From assembly GCA_964016885.1 (NCBI GenBank), contig OZ024742.1:120900001-120964000 (forward strand): a stretch of 64,000 nucleotides of DNA. Direction: 5' to 3'. Each line of letters starts with the position of its first letter. Position 1 is the first letter of the stretch. Origin of the DNA: Eledone cirrhosa (Eukaryota). Positions 37,530-51,871 of the stretch are shown one piece after another. The notes under the pieces were generated by a model, which saw only the letters and a list, made by a program, of their open reading frames with translations, was not told the origin of the DNA and did not search any database. The position numbers were made by a program, and so were the translations under genes.

Positions 37530-40500
37530 ATCACTGACCTAGGGCTAAACAACAAGATCTCTTCACTCATAAATGACCTAGGCCTAAGTAACAAGATCTC
37601 TTTAACCATTACTGATCTATAGATAACTAACAAAATCTCTTTAACCATTACTAATCTATAGCTAAGTAACAAGATCTCTTCAACCATTACTCACCTGAGG
37701 CTAAGCAACAAGATCTCTTCACTCATCACTGACCTAGGGCTAAGCAACAAGATCTCTTTAACCATTACTGACCTAGGGCTAAGCAACAAGATCTCTTTAA
37801 CCATTACTGACCTGGGGCTAAGCAACAAGATCTCTTCACTCATCACTGACCTGGGGCTAAGTAACAAGATCTCTTCACTCATCACTGACCTAGGGCTAAG
37901 TAACAAGATCTCTTTAACCATTACTGACCTGGGGCTAAGCAACAAGATCTCTTCACTCATCACTGACCTGGGGCTAAGCAACAAGATCTCTTCACTCATC
38001 ACTGACCTAGGGCTAAGCAACAAGATCTCTTTAACCATTACTGACCTGGGGCTAAGCAACAAGATCTCTTTAACCATTACTGACCTGGGGCTAAGCAACA
38101 AGATCTCTTCACTCATCACTGACCTAGGGCTAAGCAACAAGATCTCTTCACTCATCACTGACCTAGGGCTAAGCAACAAGATCTCTTTAACCATTACTGA
38201 CCTAGGGCTAAGCAACAAGATCTCTTCACTCATCACTGACCTAAGGCTAAGTAACAAGATCTCTTCACTCATCACTGACCTAGGGCTAAGCAACAAGATC
38301 TCTTTAACCATTACTGACCTGGGGCTAAGTAACAAGATCTCTTCACTCATCACTGACCTGGGGCTAAGTAACAAGATCTCTTCACTCATCACTGACCTGG
38401 GGCTAAGCAACAAGATCTCTTCACTCATCACTGACCTGGGGCTAAGCAACAAGATCTCTTCACTCATCACTGACCTGGGGCTAAGTAACAAGATCTCTTC
38501 ACTCATCACTGACCTAGGGCTAAGCAACAAGATCTCTTTAACCATTACTGACCTGGGGCTAAGCAACAAGATCTCTTCACTCATCACTGACCTGGAGCTA
38601 AGCAACAAGATCTCTTCAACCATCACTGACCTGAGGCTAAGCAACAAGATCTCTTCACTCATCACTGACCTGGGGCTAAGTAACAAGATCTCTTCACTCA
38701 TCACTGACCTAGGGCTAAGTAACAAGATCTCTTCACTCATCACTGACCTGGGGCTAAGCAACAAGATCTCTTCACTCATCACTGACCTAGGGCTAAGTAA
38801 CAAGATCTCTTCATTCATCACTGACCTGAGGCTAAGCAACAAGATCTCTTCACTCATCACTGATCTAGGGCTAAGCAACAAGATCTCTTCACTCATCACT
38901 GACCTGGGGCTAAGCAACAAGATCTCTTCACTCATCACTGACCTGGGGCTAAGCAACAAGATCTCTTCATTCATCACTGACCTGAGGCTAAGCAACAAGA
39001 TCTCTTCACTCATCACTGATCTAGGGCTAAGCAACAAGATCTCTTCACTCATCACTGACCTGGGGCTAAGCAACAAGATCTCTTCACTCATCACTGACCT
39101 GGGGTAAGCAACAAGATCTCTTTAACCATTACTGACCTGAGGCTAAGCAACAAGATCTCTTCATTCATCACTGACCTGGGGCTAAGTAACAAGATCTCTT
39201 CACTCATCACTGACCTAGGGCTAAGTAACAAGATCTCTTCACTCATCACTGACCTGGGGCTAAGCAACAAGATCTCTTCACTCATCACTGACCTGGAGCT
39301 AAGCAACAAGATCTCTTCAACCATCACTGACCTGAGGCTAAGCAACAAGATCTCTTCACTCATCACTGACCTGGGGCTAAGTAACAAGATCTCTTCACTC
39401 ATCACTGACCTAGGGCTAAGTAACAAGATCTCTTCACTCATCACTGACCTGGGGCTAAGCAACAAGATCTTTTCACTCATCACTGACCTAGGGCTAAGTA
39501 ACAAGATCTCTTCATTCATCACTGACCTGGGGCTAAGTAACAAGATCTCTTCACTCATCATTGACCTGGGGCTAAGCAACAAGATCTCTTCATTCATCAC
39601 TGACCTGAGGCTAAGCAACAAGATCTCTTCACTCATCACTGACCTGGGGCTAAGCAACAAGATCTCTTCATTCATCACTGACCTGAGGCTAAGCAACAAG
39701 ATCTCTTCACTCATCACTGATCTAGGGCTAAGCAACAAGATCTCTTCACTCATCACTGACCTGGGGCTAAGCAACAAGATCTCTTCACTCATCACCGACC
39801 TAGGGCTAAGCAACAAGATCTCTTCACTCATCACTGACCTGGGGTAAGCAACAAGATCTCTTCAACCATCACTGACCTGAGGCTAAGCAACAAGATCTCT
39901 TCACTCATCACTGACCTGGGGCTAAGTAACAAGATCTCTTCACTCATCACTGACCTACGGCTAAGTAACAAGATCTCTTCACTCATCACTGACCTAGGGC
40001 TAAGTAACAAGATCTCTTCACTCATCACTGACCTGGGGCTAAGCAACAAGATCTCTTCACTCATCACTGACCTAGGGCTAAGTAACAAGATCTCTTCATT
40101 CATCACTGACCTGAGGCTAAGCAACAAGATCTCTTCACTCATCACTGACCTGGGGCTAAGCAACAAGATCTCTTCATTCATCACTGACCTGAGGCTAAGC
40201 AACAAGATCTCTTCACTCATCACTGATCTAGGGCTAAGCAACAAGATCTCTTCACTCATCACTGACCTGGGGCTAAGCAACAAGATCTCTTCACTCATCA
40301 CCGACCTAGGGCTAAGCAACAAGATCTCTTCACTCATCACTGACCTGGGGTAAGCAACAAGATCTCTTTAACCATTACTGACCTGAGGCTAAGCAACAAG
40401 ATCTCTTCATTCATCACTGACCTGGGGCTAAGTAACAAGATCTCTTCACTCATCACTGACCTGGGGCTAAATAACAAGATCTCTTCACTCGTCACTGACC

Positions 40501-43500
40501 TGGGGCTAAGCAACAAGATCTCTTTAACCATTACTGACCTGAGGCTAAGCAACAAGATCTCTTCAACCATCACTGACCTGGGGCTAAGTAACAAGATCTC
40601 TTCACTCATCACTGACCTAGGGCTAAGTAACAAGATCTCTTTAACCATCACTGACCTAGGGCTAAGCAACAAGATCTCTTTAACCATCACTGACCTGGGG
40701 CTAAGTAACAAGATCTCTTCACTCATCACTGACCTGGGGCTAAGTAACAAGATCTCTTTAACCATTACTGACCTGGGGCTAAGCAACAAAATCTCTTCAC
40801 TCATCACTGACCTGAGACTAAGCAACAAGATCTCTTTAACCATTACTGACCTAGGGCTAAGTAACAAGATCTCTTCAACCATCACTGACCTGAGGCTAAG
40901 TAACAAGATCTCTTCACTCATCACTGACCTGAGGCTAAGCAACAAGATCTCTTCACTCATCACTGACCTAGGGCTAAGCAACAAGATCTCTTTAACCATT
41001 ACTGACCTAGGGGTAAGTAACAAGATCTCTTCAACCATCACTGACCTGAGGCTAAGTAACAAGATCTCTTCACTCATCACTGACCTGGAGCTAAGCAACA
41101 AGATCTCTTCACTCATCACTGACCTGGGGCTAAGTAACAAGATCTCTTCACTCATCACTGACCTAGGGCTAAGTAACAATATCTCTTCACTCATCACTGA
41201 CCTGAGGCTGAGCAACAAGATCTCTTCAACCATCACTGACCTGAGGCTAAGCAACAAGATCTCTTCACTCATCACTGACTTGGGGCTAAGTAACAAGATC
41301 TCTTTAACCATTACTCACCTGAAGCTAAGTAACAAGATCTCTTCACTCATCACTGACCTAGGGCTAAGTAACAAGATCTCTTTAACCATCACTGACCTGA
41401 GGCTAAGCAACAAGATCTCTTCAACCATCACTGACCTGGGGCTAAGTAACAAGATCTCTTTAACCATTACTCACCTGAGGCTAAGTAACAAGATCTCTTC
41501 ACTCATCACTGACCTAGGGCTAAGTAACAAGATCTCTTTAACCATTACTGACCTGAGGCTAAGCAACAAGATCTCTTCACTCATCACTGACCTAGGGCTA
41601 AGTAACAAGATCTCTTTAACCATCACTGACCTGAGGCTAAGCAACAAGATCTCTTTAACCATTACTGACCTAGGGCTAAGCAACAAGATCTCTTCACTCA
41701 TCACTGACCTGGGGCTAAGCAACAAGATCTCTTCACTCATCACTGACCTAGGGCTCAGCAACAAGATCTCTTCACTCATCACTGACCTGAGGCTAAGCAA
41801 CAAGATCTCTTCACTCATCACTGACCTGGGGCTAAGTAACAAGATCTCTTTAACCATTACTGACCTGAGGCTAAGTAACAAGATCTCTTCACTCATCACT
41901 GACCTAGGGCTAAGCAACAAGATCTCTTCACTCATCACTGACCTAGGGCTAAGTAACAAGATCTCTTTAACCATCACTGACCTGAGGCTAAGCAACAAGA
42001 TCTGTTTAACCATTACTGACCTGAGGCTAAGCAACAAGATCTCTTCACTCATCACTGACCTAGGGCTAAGCAACAAGATCTCTTCACTCATCACTGACCT
42101 AGGGCTAAGCAACAAGATCTCTTCACTCATCACTGACCTGAGGCTAAGCAACAAGATCTCTTCACTCATCACTGACCTAGGGCTAAGCAACAAGATCTCT
42201 TCACTCATCACTGACCTGAGGCTAAGCAACAAGATCTCTTCACTCATCACTGACCTGGGGCTAAGTAACAAGATCTCTTTAACCATTACTGACCTGGGGC
42301 TAAGTAACAAGATCTCTTTAACCATTACTGACCTGAGGCTAAGTAACAAGATCTCTTCACTCATCACTGACCTAGGGCTAAGCAACAAGATCTCTTCACT
42401 CATCACTGACCTGAGGCTAAGCAACAAGATCTCTTCACTCATCACTGACCTGGGGCTAAGTAACAAGATCTCTTTAACCATTACTGACCTGAGGCTAAGT
42501 AACAAGATCTCTTCACTCATCACTGACCTAGGGCTAAGCAACAAGATCTTTTCACTCATCACTGACCTGGGGCTAAGCAACAAGATCTCTTTAACCATTA
42601 CTGACCTAGGGCTAAGTAACAAGATCTCTTCACTCATCACTGACCTGGAGCTAAGCAACAAGATCTCTTCACTCATCACTGACCTGGGGCTAAGCAACAA
42701 GATCTCTTTAACCATTACTGACCTAGGGCTAAGTAACAAGATCTCTTCACTCATCACTGACCTAGGGCTAAGTAACAAGATCTCTTTAACCATTACTGAC
42801 CTGAGGCTAAGCAACAAGATCTCTTCACTCATCACTGACCTGAGGCTAAGTAACAAGATCTCTTCACTCATCACTGACCTGGGGCTAAGTAACAAGATCT
42901 CTTCACTCATCACTGACCTGGGGCTAAGTAACAAGATCTCTTCACTCATCACTGACCTGGGGCTAAGTAACAAGATCTCTTTAACCATTACTGACCTAGG
43001 GCTAAGCAACAAGATCTCTTCACTCATCACTGACCTGGGGCTAAGCAACAAGATCTCTTCACTCATCACTGACCTAGGGCTAAGTAACAAGATCTCTTCA
43101 CTCATCACTGACCTAGGGCTAAGTAACAAGATCTCTTCACTCATCACTGACCTGGGGCTAAGCAAAAAAGATCTCTTCACTCATCACTGACCTGGGGCTA
43201 AGCAACAAGATCTCTTCACTCATCACTGACCTGGGGCTAAGCAACAAGATCTCTTTAACCATTACTGACCTAGGGCTAAGTAACAAGATCTCTTCACTCA
43301 TCACTGACCTGGGGCTAAGCAAAAAAGATCTCTTCACTCATCACTGACCTGGGGCTAAGCAACAAGATCTCTTCACTCATCACTGACCTGGGGCTAAGTA
43401 ACAAGATCTCTTCACTCATCACTGACCTGGGGCTAAGTAACAAGATCTCTTCACTCATCACTGACCTGGTGCTAAGCAAAAAAGATCTCTTCACTCATCA

Positions 43501-46500
43501 CTGACCTGGGGCTAAGCAACAAGATCTCTTCACTCATCACTGACCTGGGGCTAAGTAACAAGATCTCTTCACTCATCACTGACCTGGGGCTAAGCAACAA
43601 GATCTCTTCACTCATCACTGACCTGGGGCTAAGTAACAAGATCTCTTCACTCATCACTGACCTGGGGCTAAGCAACAAGATCTCTTCACTCATCACTGAC
43701 CTAGGGCTAAGTAACAAGATCTCTTTAACCATTACTGACCTGGGCTAAGTAACAAGATCTCTTTAACCATTACTGGCCTAGGGCTAAGCAACAAGATCTC
43801 TTCACTCATCACTGACCTGGGGCTAAGTAACAAGATCTCTTCACTCATCACTGACCTACGGCTAAGTAACAAGATCTCTTCACTCATCACTGACCTAGGG
43901 CTAAGTAACAAGATCTCTTCACTCATCACTGACCTGGGGCTAAGCAACAAGATCTCTTCACTCATCACTGACCTAGGGCTAAGTAACAAGATCTCTTCAT
44001 TCATCACTGACCTGAGGCTAAGCAACAAGATCTCTTCACTCATCACTGACCTGGGGCTAAGCAACAAGATCTCTTCATTCATCACTGACCTGAGGCTAAG
44101 CAACAAGATCTCTTCACTCATCACTGATCTAGGGCTAAGCAACAAGATCTCTTCACTCATCACTGACCTGGGGCTAAGCAACAAGATCTCTTCACTCATC
44201 ACCGACCTAGGGCTAAGCAACAAGATCTCTTCACTCATCACTGACCTGGGGTAAGCAACAAGATCTCTTTAACCATTACTGACCTGAGGCTAAGCAACAA
44301 GATCTCTTCATTCATCACTGACCTGGGGCTAAGTAACAAGATCTCTTCACTCATCACTGACCTGGGGCTAAGTAACAAGATCTCTTCACTCGTCACTGAC
44401 CTGGGGCTAAGCAACAAGATCTCTTTAACCATTACTGACCTGAGGCTAAGCAACAAGATCTCTTCAACCATCACTGACCTGGGGCTAAGTAACAAGATCT
44501 CTTCACTCATCACTGACCTAGGGCTAAGTAACAAGATCTCTTTAACCATCACTGACCTAGGGCTAAGCAACAAGATCTCTTTAACCATCACTGACCTGGG
44601 GCTAAGTAACAAGATCTCTTCACTCATCACTGACCTGGGGCTAAGTAACAAGATCTCTTTAACCATTACTGACCTGGGGCTAAGCAACAAAATCTCTTCA
44701 CTCATCACTGACCTGAGGCTAAGCAACAAGATCTCTTTAACCATTACTGACCTAGGGCTAAGTAACAAGATCTCTTCACTCATCACTGACCTGGGGCTAA
44801 GCAACAAGATCTCTTCACTCATCACTGACCTGAGGCTAAGCAACAAGATCTCTTCACTCATCACTGACCTGAGGCTAAGCAACAAGATCTCTTCACTCAT
44901 CACTGACCTAGGGCTAAGCAACAAGATCTCTTTAACCATTACTGACCTAGGGGTAAGTAACAAGATCTCTTCAACCATCACTGACCTGAGGCTAAGTAAC
45001 AAGATCTCTTCATTCATCACTGACCTGGAGCTAAGCAACAAGATCTCTTCACTCATCACTGACCTGGGGCTAAGTAACAAGATCTCTTCACTCATCACTG
45101 ACCTAGGGCTAAGTAACAATATCTCTTCACTCATCACTGACCTGAGGCTGAGCAACAAGATCTCTTCAACCATCACTGACCTGAGGCTAAGCAACAAGAT
45201 CTCTTCACTCATCACTGACTTGGGGCTAAGTAACAAGATCTCTTTAACCATTACTCACCTGAAGCTAAGTAACAAGATCTCTTCACTCATCACTGACCTA
45301 GGGCTAAGTAACAAGATCTCTTTAACCATCACTGACCTGAGGCTAAGCAACAAGATCTCTTCACTCATCACTGACCTGGGGCTAAGTAACAAGATCTCTT
45401 TAACCATTACTCACCTGAGGCTAAGTAACAAGATCTCTTCACTCATCACTGACCTAGGGCTAAGTAACAAGATCTATTTAACCATTACTGACCTGAGGCT
45501 AAGCAACAAGATCTCTTCACTCATCACTGACCTAGGGCTAAGTAACAAGATCTCTTTAACCATCACTGACCTGAGGCTAAGCAACAAGATCTCTTTAACC
45601 ATTACTGACCTAGGGCTAAGCAACAAGATCTCTTCACTCATCACTGACCTGGGGCTAAGCAACAAGATCTCTTCACTCATCACTGACCTAGGGCTCAGCA
45701 ACAAGATCTCTTCACTCATCACTGACCTGAGGCTAAGCAACAAGATCTCTTCACTCATCACTGACCTGGGGCTAAGTAACAAGATCTCTTTAACCATTAC
45801 TGACCTGAGGCTAAGTAACAAGATCTCTTCACTCATCACTGACCTAGGTCTAAGCAACAAGATCTCTTCACTCATCACTGACCTAGGGCTAAGTAACAAG
45901 ATCTCTTTAACCATCACTGACCTGAGGCTAAGCAACAAGATCTGTTTAACCATTACTGACCTGAGGCTAAGCAACAAGATCTCTTCACTCATCACTGACC
46001 TAGGGCTAAGCAACAAGATCTCTTCACTCATCACTGACCTAGGGCTAAGCAACAAGATCTCTTCACTCATCACTGACCTGAGGCTAAGCAACAAGATCTC
46101 TTCACTCATCACTGACCTAGGGCTAAGCAACAAGATCTCTTCACTCATCACTGACCTGAGGCTAAGCAACAAGATCTCTTCACTCATCACTGACCTGGGG
46201 CTAAGTAACAAGATCTCTTCACTCATCACTGACCTAGGGCTAAGTAACAAGATCTCTTTAACCATTACTGACCTGAGGCTAAGTAACAAGATCTCTTCAC
46301 TCATCACTGACCTAGGGCTAAGCAACAAGATCTCTTCACTCATCACTGACCTGAGGCTAAGCAACAAGATCTCTTCACTCATCACTGACCTAGGGCTAAG
46401 CAACAAGATCTCTTCACTCATCACTGACGTGAGGCTAAGCAACAAGATCTCTTCACTCATCACTGACCTGGGGCTAAGTAACAAGATCTCTTCACTCATC

Positions 46501-48850
46501 ACTGACCTAGGGCTAAGTAACAAGATCTCTTTAACCATTACTGACCTGGGGCTAAGTAACAAGATCTCTTTAACCATTACTGACCTGAGGCTAAGTAACA
46601 AGATCTCTTCACTCATCACTGACCTAGGGCTAAGCAACAAGATCTCTTCACTCATCACTGACCTGAGGCTAAGCAACAAGATCTCTTCACTCATCACTGA
46701 CCTGGGGCTAAGTAACAAGATCTCTTTAACCATTACTGACCTGAGGCTAAGTAACAAGATCTCTTCACTCATCACTGACCTAGGGCTAAGCAACAAGATC
46801 TTTTCACTCATCACTGACCTGGGGCTAAGCAACAAGATCTCTTTAACCATTACTGACCTAGGGCTAAGTAACAAGATCTCTTCACTCATCACTGACCTGG
46901 AGCTAAACAACAAGATCTCTTCACTCATCACTGACCTGGGGCTAAGCAACACGATCTCTTTAACCATTACTGACCTAGGGCTAAGTAACAAGATCTCTTC
47001 ACTCATCACTGACCTAGGGCTAAGTAACAAGATCTCTTTAACCATTACTGACCTGAGGCTAAGCAACAAGATCTCTTCACTCATCACTGACCTGAGGCTA
47101 AGTAACAAGATCTCTTCACTCATCACTGACCTGGGGCTAAGTAACAAGATCTCTTCACTCATCACTGACCTGGGGCTAAGTAACAAGATCTCTTCACTCA
47201 TCACTGACCTGGGGCTAAGTAACAAGATCTCTTTAACCATTACTGACCTAGGGCTAAGCAACAAGATCTCTTCACTCATCACTGACCTGGGGCTAAGCAA
47301 CAAGATCTCTTTAATCATTACTGACCTAGGGCTAAGTAACAAGATCTCTTCACTCATCACTGACCTGAGGCTAAGCAACAAGATCTCTTCACTCATCACT
47401 GACCTGCGGCTAAGTAACAAGATCTCTTCACTCATCACTGACCTGGGGCTAAGTAACAAGATCTCTTCACTCATCACTGACCTGGGGCTAAGCAACAAGA
47501 TCTCTTCACTCATCACTGACCTAGGGCTAAGTAACAAGATCTCTTCACTCATCACTGACCTAGGGCTAAGTAACAAGATCTCTTCACTCATCACTGACCT
47601 GGGGCTAAGCAAAAAAGATCTCTTCACTCATCACTGACCTGGGGCTAAGCAACAAGATCTCTTCACTCATCACTGACCTGGGGCTAAGCAACAAGATCTC
47701 TTTAACCATTACTGACCTAGGGCTAAGTAACAAGATCTCTTCACTCATCACTGACCTGGGGCTAAGCAAAAAAGATCTCTTCACTCATCACTGACCTGGG
47801 GCTAAGCAACAAGATCTCTTCACTCATCACTGACCTGGGGATAAGTAACAAGATCTCTTCACTCATCACTGACCTGGGGCTAAGTAACAAGATCTCTTCA
47901 CTCATCACTGACCTGGGGCTAAGCAAAAAAGATCTCTTCACTCATCACTGACCTGGGGCTAAGCAACAAGATCTCTTCACTCATCACTGACCTGGGGCTA
48001 AGTAACAAGATCTCTTCACTCATCACTGACCTGGGGCTAAGCAACAAGATCTCTTCACTCATCACTGACCTGGGGCTAAGTAACAAGATCTCTTCACTCA
48101 TCACTGACCTGGGGCTAAGCAACAAGATCTCTTCACTCATCACTGACCTAGGGCTAAGTAACAAGATCTCTTTAACCATTACTGACCTGGGCTAAGTAAC
48201 AAGATCTCTTTAACCATTACTGGCCTAGGGCTAAGCAACAAGATCTCTTCACTCATCACTGACCTGGGGCTAAGTAACAAGATCTCTTCACTCATCACTG
48301 ACCTAGGGCTAAGCAACAAGATCTCTTCACTCATCACTGACCTGGGGCTAAGCAACAAGATCTCTTCACTCATCACTGACCTAGGGCTAAGTTACAAGAT
48401 CTCTTCACTCATCACTGACCTAGGGCTAAGTAACAAGATCTCTTTAACCATTACTGACCTGGGGCTAAGCAACAAGATCTCTTCACTCATCACTGACCTG
48501 GGGCTAAGTAACAAGATCTCTTCACTCATCACTGACCTGGGGCTAAGCAACAAGATCTCTTCACTCATCACTGACCTGGGGTAAGCAACAAGATCTCTTT
48601 AACCATTACTGACCTGAGGCTAAGCAACAAGATCTCTTCACTCATCACTGACCTAGGGCTAAGTAACAAGATCTCTTCACTCATCACTGACCTAGGGCTA
48701 AGTAACAAGATCTCTTCACTCATCACTGACCTAGGGCTAAGTAACAAGATCTCTTTAACCATTACTGACCTGGGGCTAAGTAACAAGATCTCTTTAACCA
48801 TTACTGGCCTAGGGCTAAGTAACAAGATCTCTTTAACCATTACTGGCCTA
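37530..48850. repeat. 39-bp minisatellite/satellite array, ~290 units
   Basis: Unit ATCACTGACCT(G/A)(G/A)GGCTAAG(C/T)AACAAGATCTCTT(CACTC/TAACC), with a BglII site in almost every unit and degenerate units at both edges. Confidence 0.98.
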
Positions 48851-49599
48851 CATCTAAACAAAAAATTCATAAATTCGTAAAAGACCTAAAATACTAATTT
48901 TTCTTTACTAAATTAAAGACCATGGTTTTATAGGGCAAGAATACTATCCCTTGAAATACCTCTAGTTTATTACTGGTACTTATTTTATCAAAGACTCAAT
49001 TAACCATTAAACAAAATAACCATAAGCTTAAAGCAACAAGTGAAATGTGGTACCTTTTAATTCAAATTAACTGTATTTGTCATTCCCCACCCCCCAAAAA
49101 AAATCATTTTTTGGCAGACATTCTATGAGGGTGGAGTGGGGGGCATAATCTTTTAAAAAACTTAATCCAGCCCAAATTTTATCCCATCTTTCAAGGGGAT
49201 GAAAGATGAAAATAAATAAGATACCTCTGAGCCTAATCACTGAAATCAAGACTAATCTTTGCATGTCATTTAATCTCATACGTTAGTATCTATAGCAACA
49301 TACTTTCATCTGAAAGGTCACAAGATATCTAAAATATGAGATTAAATTTCAATGAGATACCAAGACAGGTTACATACAAAAAGTTAATGATGTTATGATT
49401 ATAAAGATACAATCAACATAATAAACACTTGGAAGCCCAAACCTCAGTATTTGATTATTCCAGTCACATCACATAGGTTGAACCCTTCCCCATGAAAATA
49501 CATGAAAAAACAGCATGCACCTTATCTACTGGCTTACAAAATATGTTACATTGTAAATGTTATATACAAAACAAAGGTGCATCCCTCCCCCCCCCCTAT

Positions 49600-49634
<35 letters not shown>

Positions 49635-50952
49635 AAACAAAGGTGTGGTAAGATACCAGGTGGACCAAAATGCACCAGAGTACTTGATACTTAGGTTAGT
49701 AGAGTGAGTAATAGGAAAAGAGTCAGGGCCCCGACGGCTGAGCTCTGGCCATTTCGACAGCTAGATCTGAACTAGTCCAGATGGGGTGGGGGGGGGGGAT
49801 ATAATAGCAAATTATAAATATCAAAATCAAATTATACATATTATATATAAATATAGTAAAATAAAAAATATATAATATATATTTATACATAGTATATATT
49901 ATATTATTTAATATATATAAATTAATGATTTTATTTATTATATATTATTTACAATTTGCGTGTAAGCAGGTCGCTCTGTAAATAGGGTTAAGGGGTGCAG
50001 AGTGTACAACATGGCTGTGAGAGGGGCGGTGGCCCTAAACATTTGAGAACCTCTGGTCTATACTGTACATTCATGAAAAGTTTCTATTTGAAATGCAAGT
50101 CTAAATCTGTAGCTGATTTTATTACATCAACCAGCATCATTAATTCAATTAGCTTACTTTAGACAGTCTGTGTAGTTAATTCCTTAACTACAGTAACTCA
50201 GTTATTTTTCCATCCAGACATATTTAACAAGATTAACACAACTATTTCAAGATTAACTAAGCTATTTGTTATTTATATTCTTTTTTTGTTCTTTCTTTTT
50301 TGTTCTTTCAGATCTTCAGATTTTAGACTGTAGCCATGCTGGAGCATGCTTACAAAAGGATGTAATTAATCATCTCAACTCCAGTGTCATTTACCATACC
50401 CTTGGGTCAACTCACGTCTTGTGAGTGAAATTAGGTAGACGGAAACCTGTCTAATGGAAGCCTGTTGAATGGACTGTACCTGAAACTCAAAAGACCAGCT
50501 TATCACACAGTGTCATGCTGAATCTCCCTGAGAATTACATTAAAAATACATATGTTCATGGCATGTTCAGTCACACATTAATTTCATGAGCAGGCTGTCA
50601 ATTGGAACAATGATCATCAGAACTTACACAGATCCAGTGAAACATGTGAAGAGATATGTGATGGGACTACATGTGAAGAAACAATGTAGCAAGTACATAT
50701 TCCTCAGTGAAGAGACATGTGAAGAAACAACATGTGAAGAAACAATATGTAGCAAGTACATATTCCTTAGTGAAGAGACAATATCTGGATATTGAAAAAG
50801 AATCAGATATCATTGTAGTTCTAATTGTAAATGATATTAACTGGTAATTTGCTATTGCTTCTTACACAGGAAACCAATGTTGCTTCCATGGAAAGTATAA
50901 TAACAAAACAATAAATTAAAGAAATTGGCAAAGGTGCACAATATATATTAGC

Positions 50953-51035
50953 TGTTGTTTAGCCCCAGGTCAACCTTGATTGAGCAGACCTATGATCAAA
51001 AGAATTTCAGTTGTATTCAACTTGCCTTCTTTTTT
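50953..51035 (+). mobile_element. Dispersed repeat head homologous to the 39-bp satellite and its left flank
   Basis: TTGTTTAGCCCCAGGTCAACCTTGATTGAGCAGACCTATGATCAAAAGAATTTCAG aligns with the reverse complement of 37480-37552. Confidence 0.7.
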
Positions 51036-51642
51036 ATTTGTTTTAGTCAAGAAGTGGACTCGATTATCCAATACACCTTTCATTTTTTAAAAAAGATATT
51101 AGACTGGGATTTGGAGGATATTTGGTTGTTGTTTCTAGTGGCAGATCAAGCCACTACATAGAGAATGGCTCTGTTACTTGTCAGTCTGATTTTTTTAGAC
51201 TGTGTATGTATGTGTATGGATGAGAGAGATCGGGGTGGGGGAGGATGAGGAAAGAGAGAGGATGGAGAGAGAGTTTTGTTATTGATGAATATTGCATTAA
51301 TATTGATCAATATTGCATTAAATCCCAGGTCAACCCTCATTGAATTCAACCATGATCAACCCATTTCATTCATGATCATCCCATATTTTACTCAAACAAC
51401 ATATTTAGAACTACATTATCTAAAAGAGTATTTCTTTCTCGAGGAAGGTAGGGTTTGATTTGAAGCATATTTAGCTGCTATTTTCAGTAGGTCCAGCAAT
51501 CATGTGGAGGTTCCGTTGTTGGCTGTGTTAGGAACAGAACATGAGGATAAGATTCATATAAAGAACCCACTTTTGATTTTCAGTTATAATGCCCTTTAGA
51601 CAAGTTCTGAATTTACCTTCATCCAAAGAATTCATACTTAAT

Positions 51643-51871
51643 TTAACCCATTAGCATTTAAACTGGCCGTATCTGGTCATAATTCTCTCACCACTTTCTG
51701 TTCAAACCGGTCATAACTGGCCGCTCATACCGAAGTTAAGGTATTATTCTCAAAATAAATAATATCAAAATCTCGAAGATTCAATATTATGTAAGATAAT
51801 TATGTGAGATAAAGCCTTTTCTGTGAAAATACAATAGTAAATATAGAGTAATGTGAATGCTAAAGGGTTAA
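51643..51871. mobile_element. piggyBac-type MITE
   Basis: TTAA-CCCATTAGCATT...AATGCTAAAGGG-TTAA: TTAA flanks and CCC/GGG termini. Confidence 0.8.

Noticed and set aside
37474-37535. Exon VIEETYAERNSSHDNLAFCQ with donor CAG|gtataa, making the array a giant exon
   Set aside because: The sequence aligns with the dispersed repeat at 50953, and the minus frame of the array has several stops and frameshifts.
41280-47637. 636-aa and 805-aa ORFs as real LRR genes
   Set aside because: They result from a stop-free 39-bp unit, start at a variant TTG, end at frameshifts, and have no non-repeat domains. Kept only as a speculative finding.
37530-48850. CRISPR-like array
   Set aside because: Units are contiguous with no unique spacers, there are no cas genes, and the context is eukaryotic.
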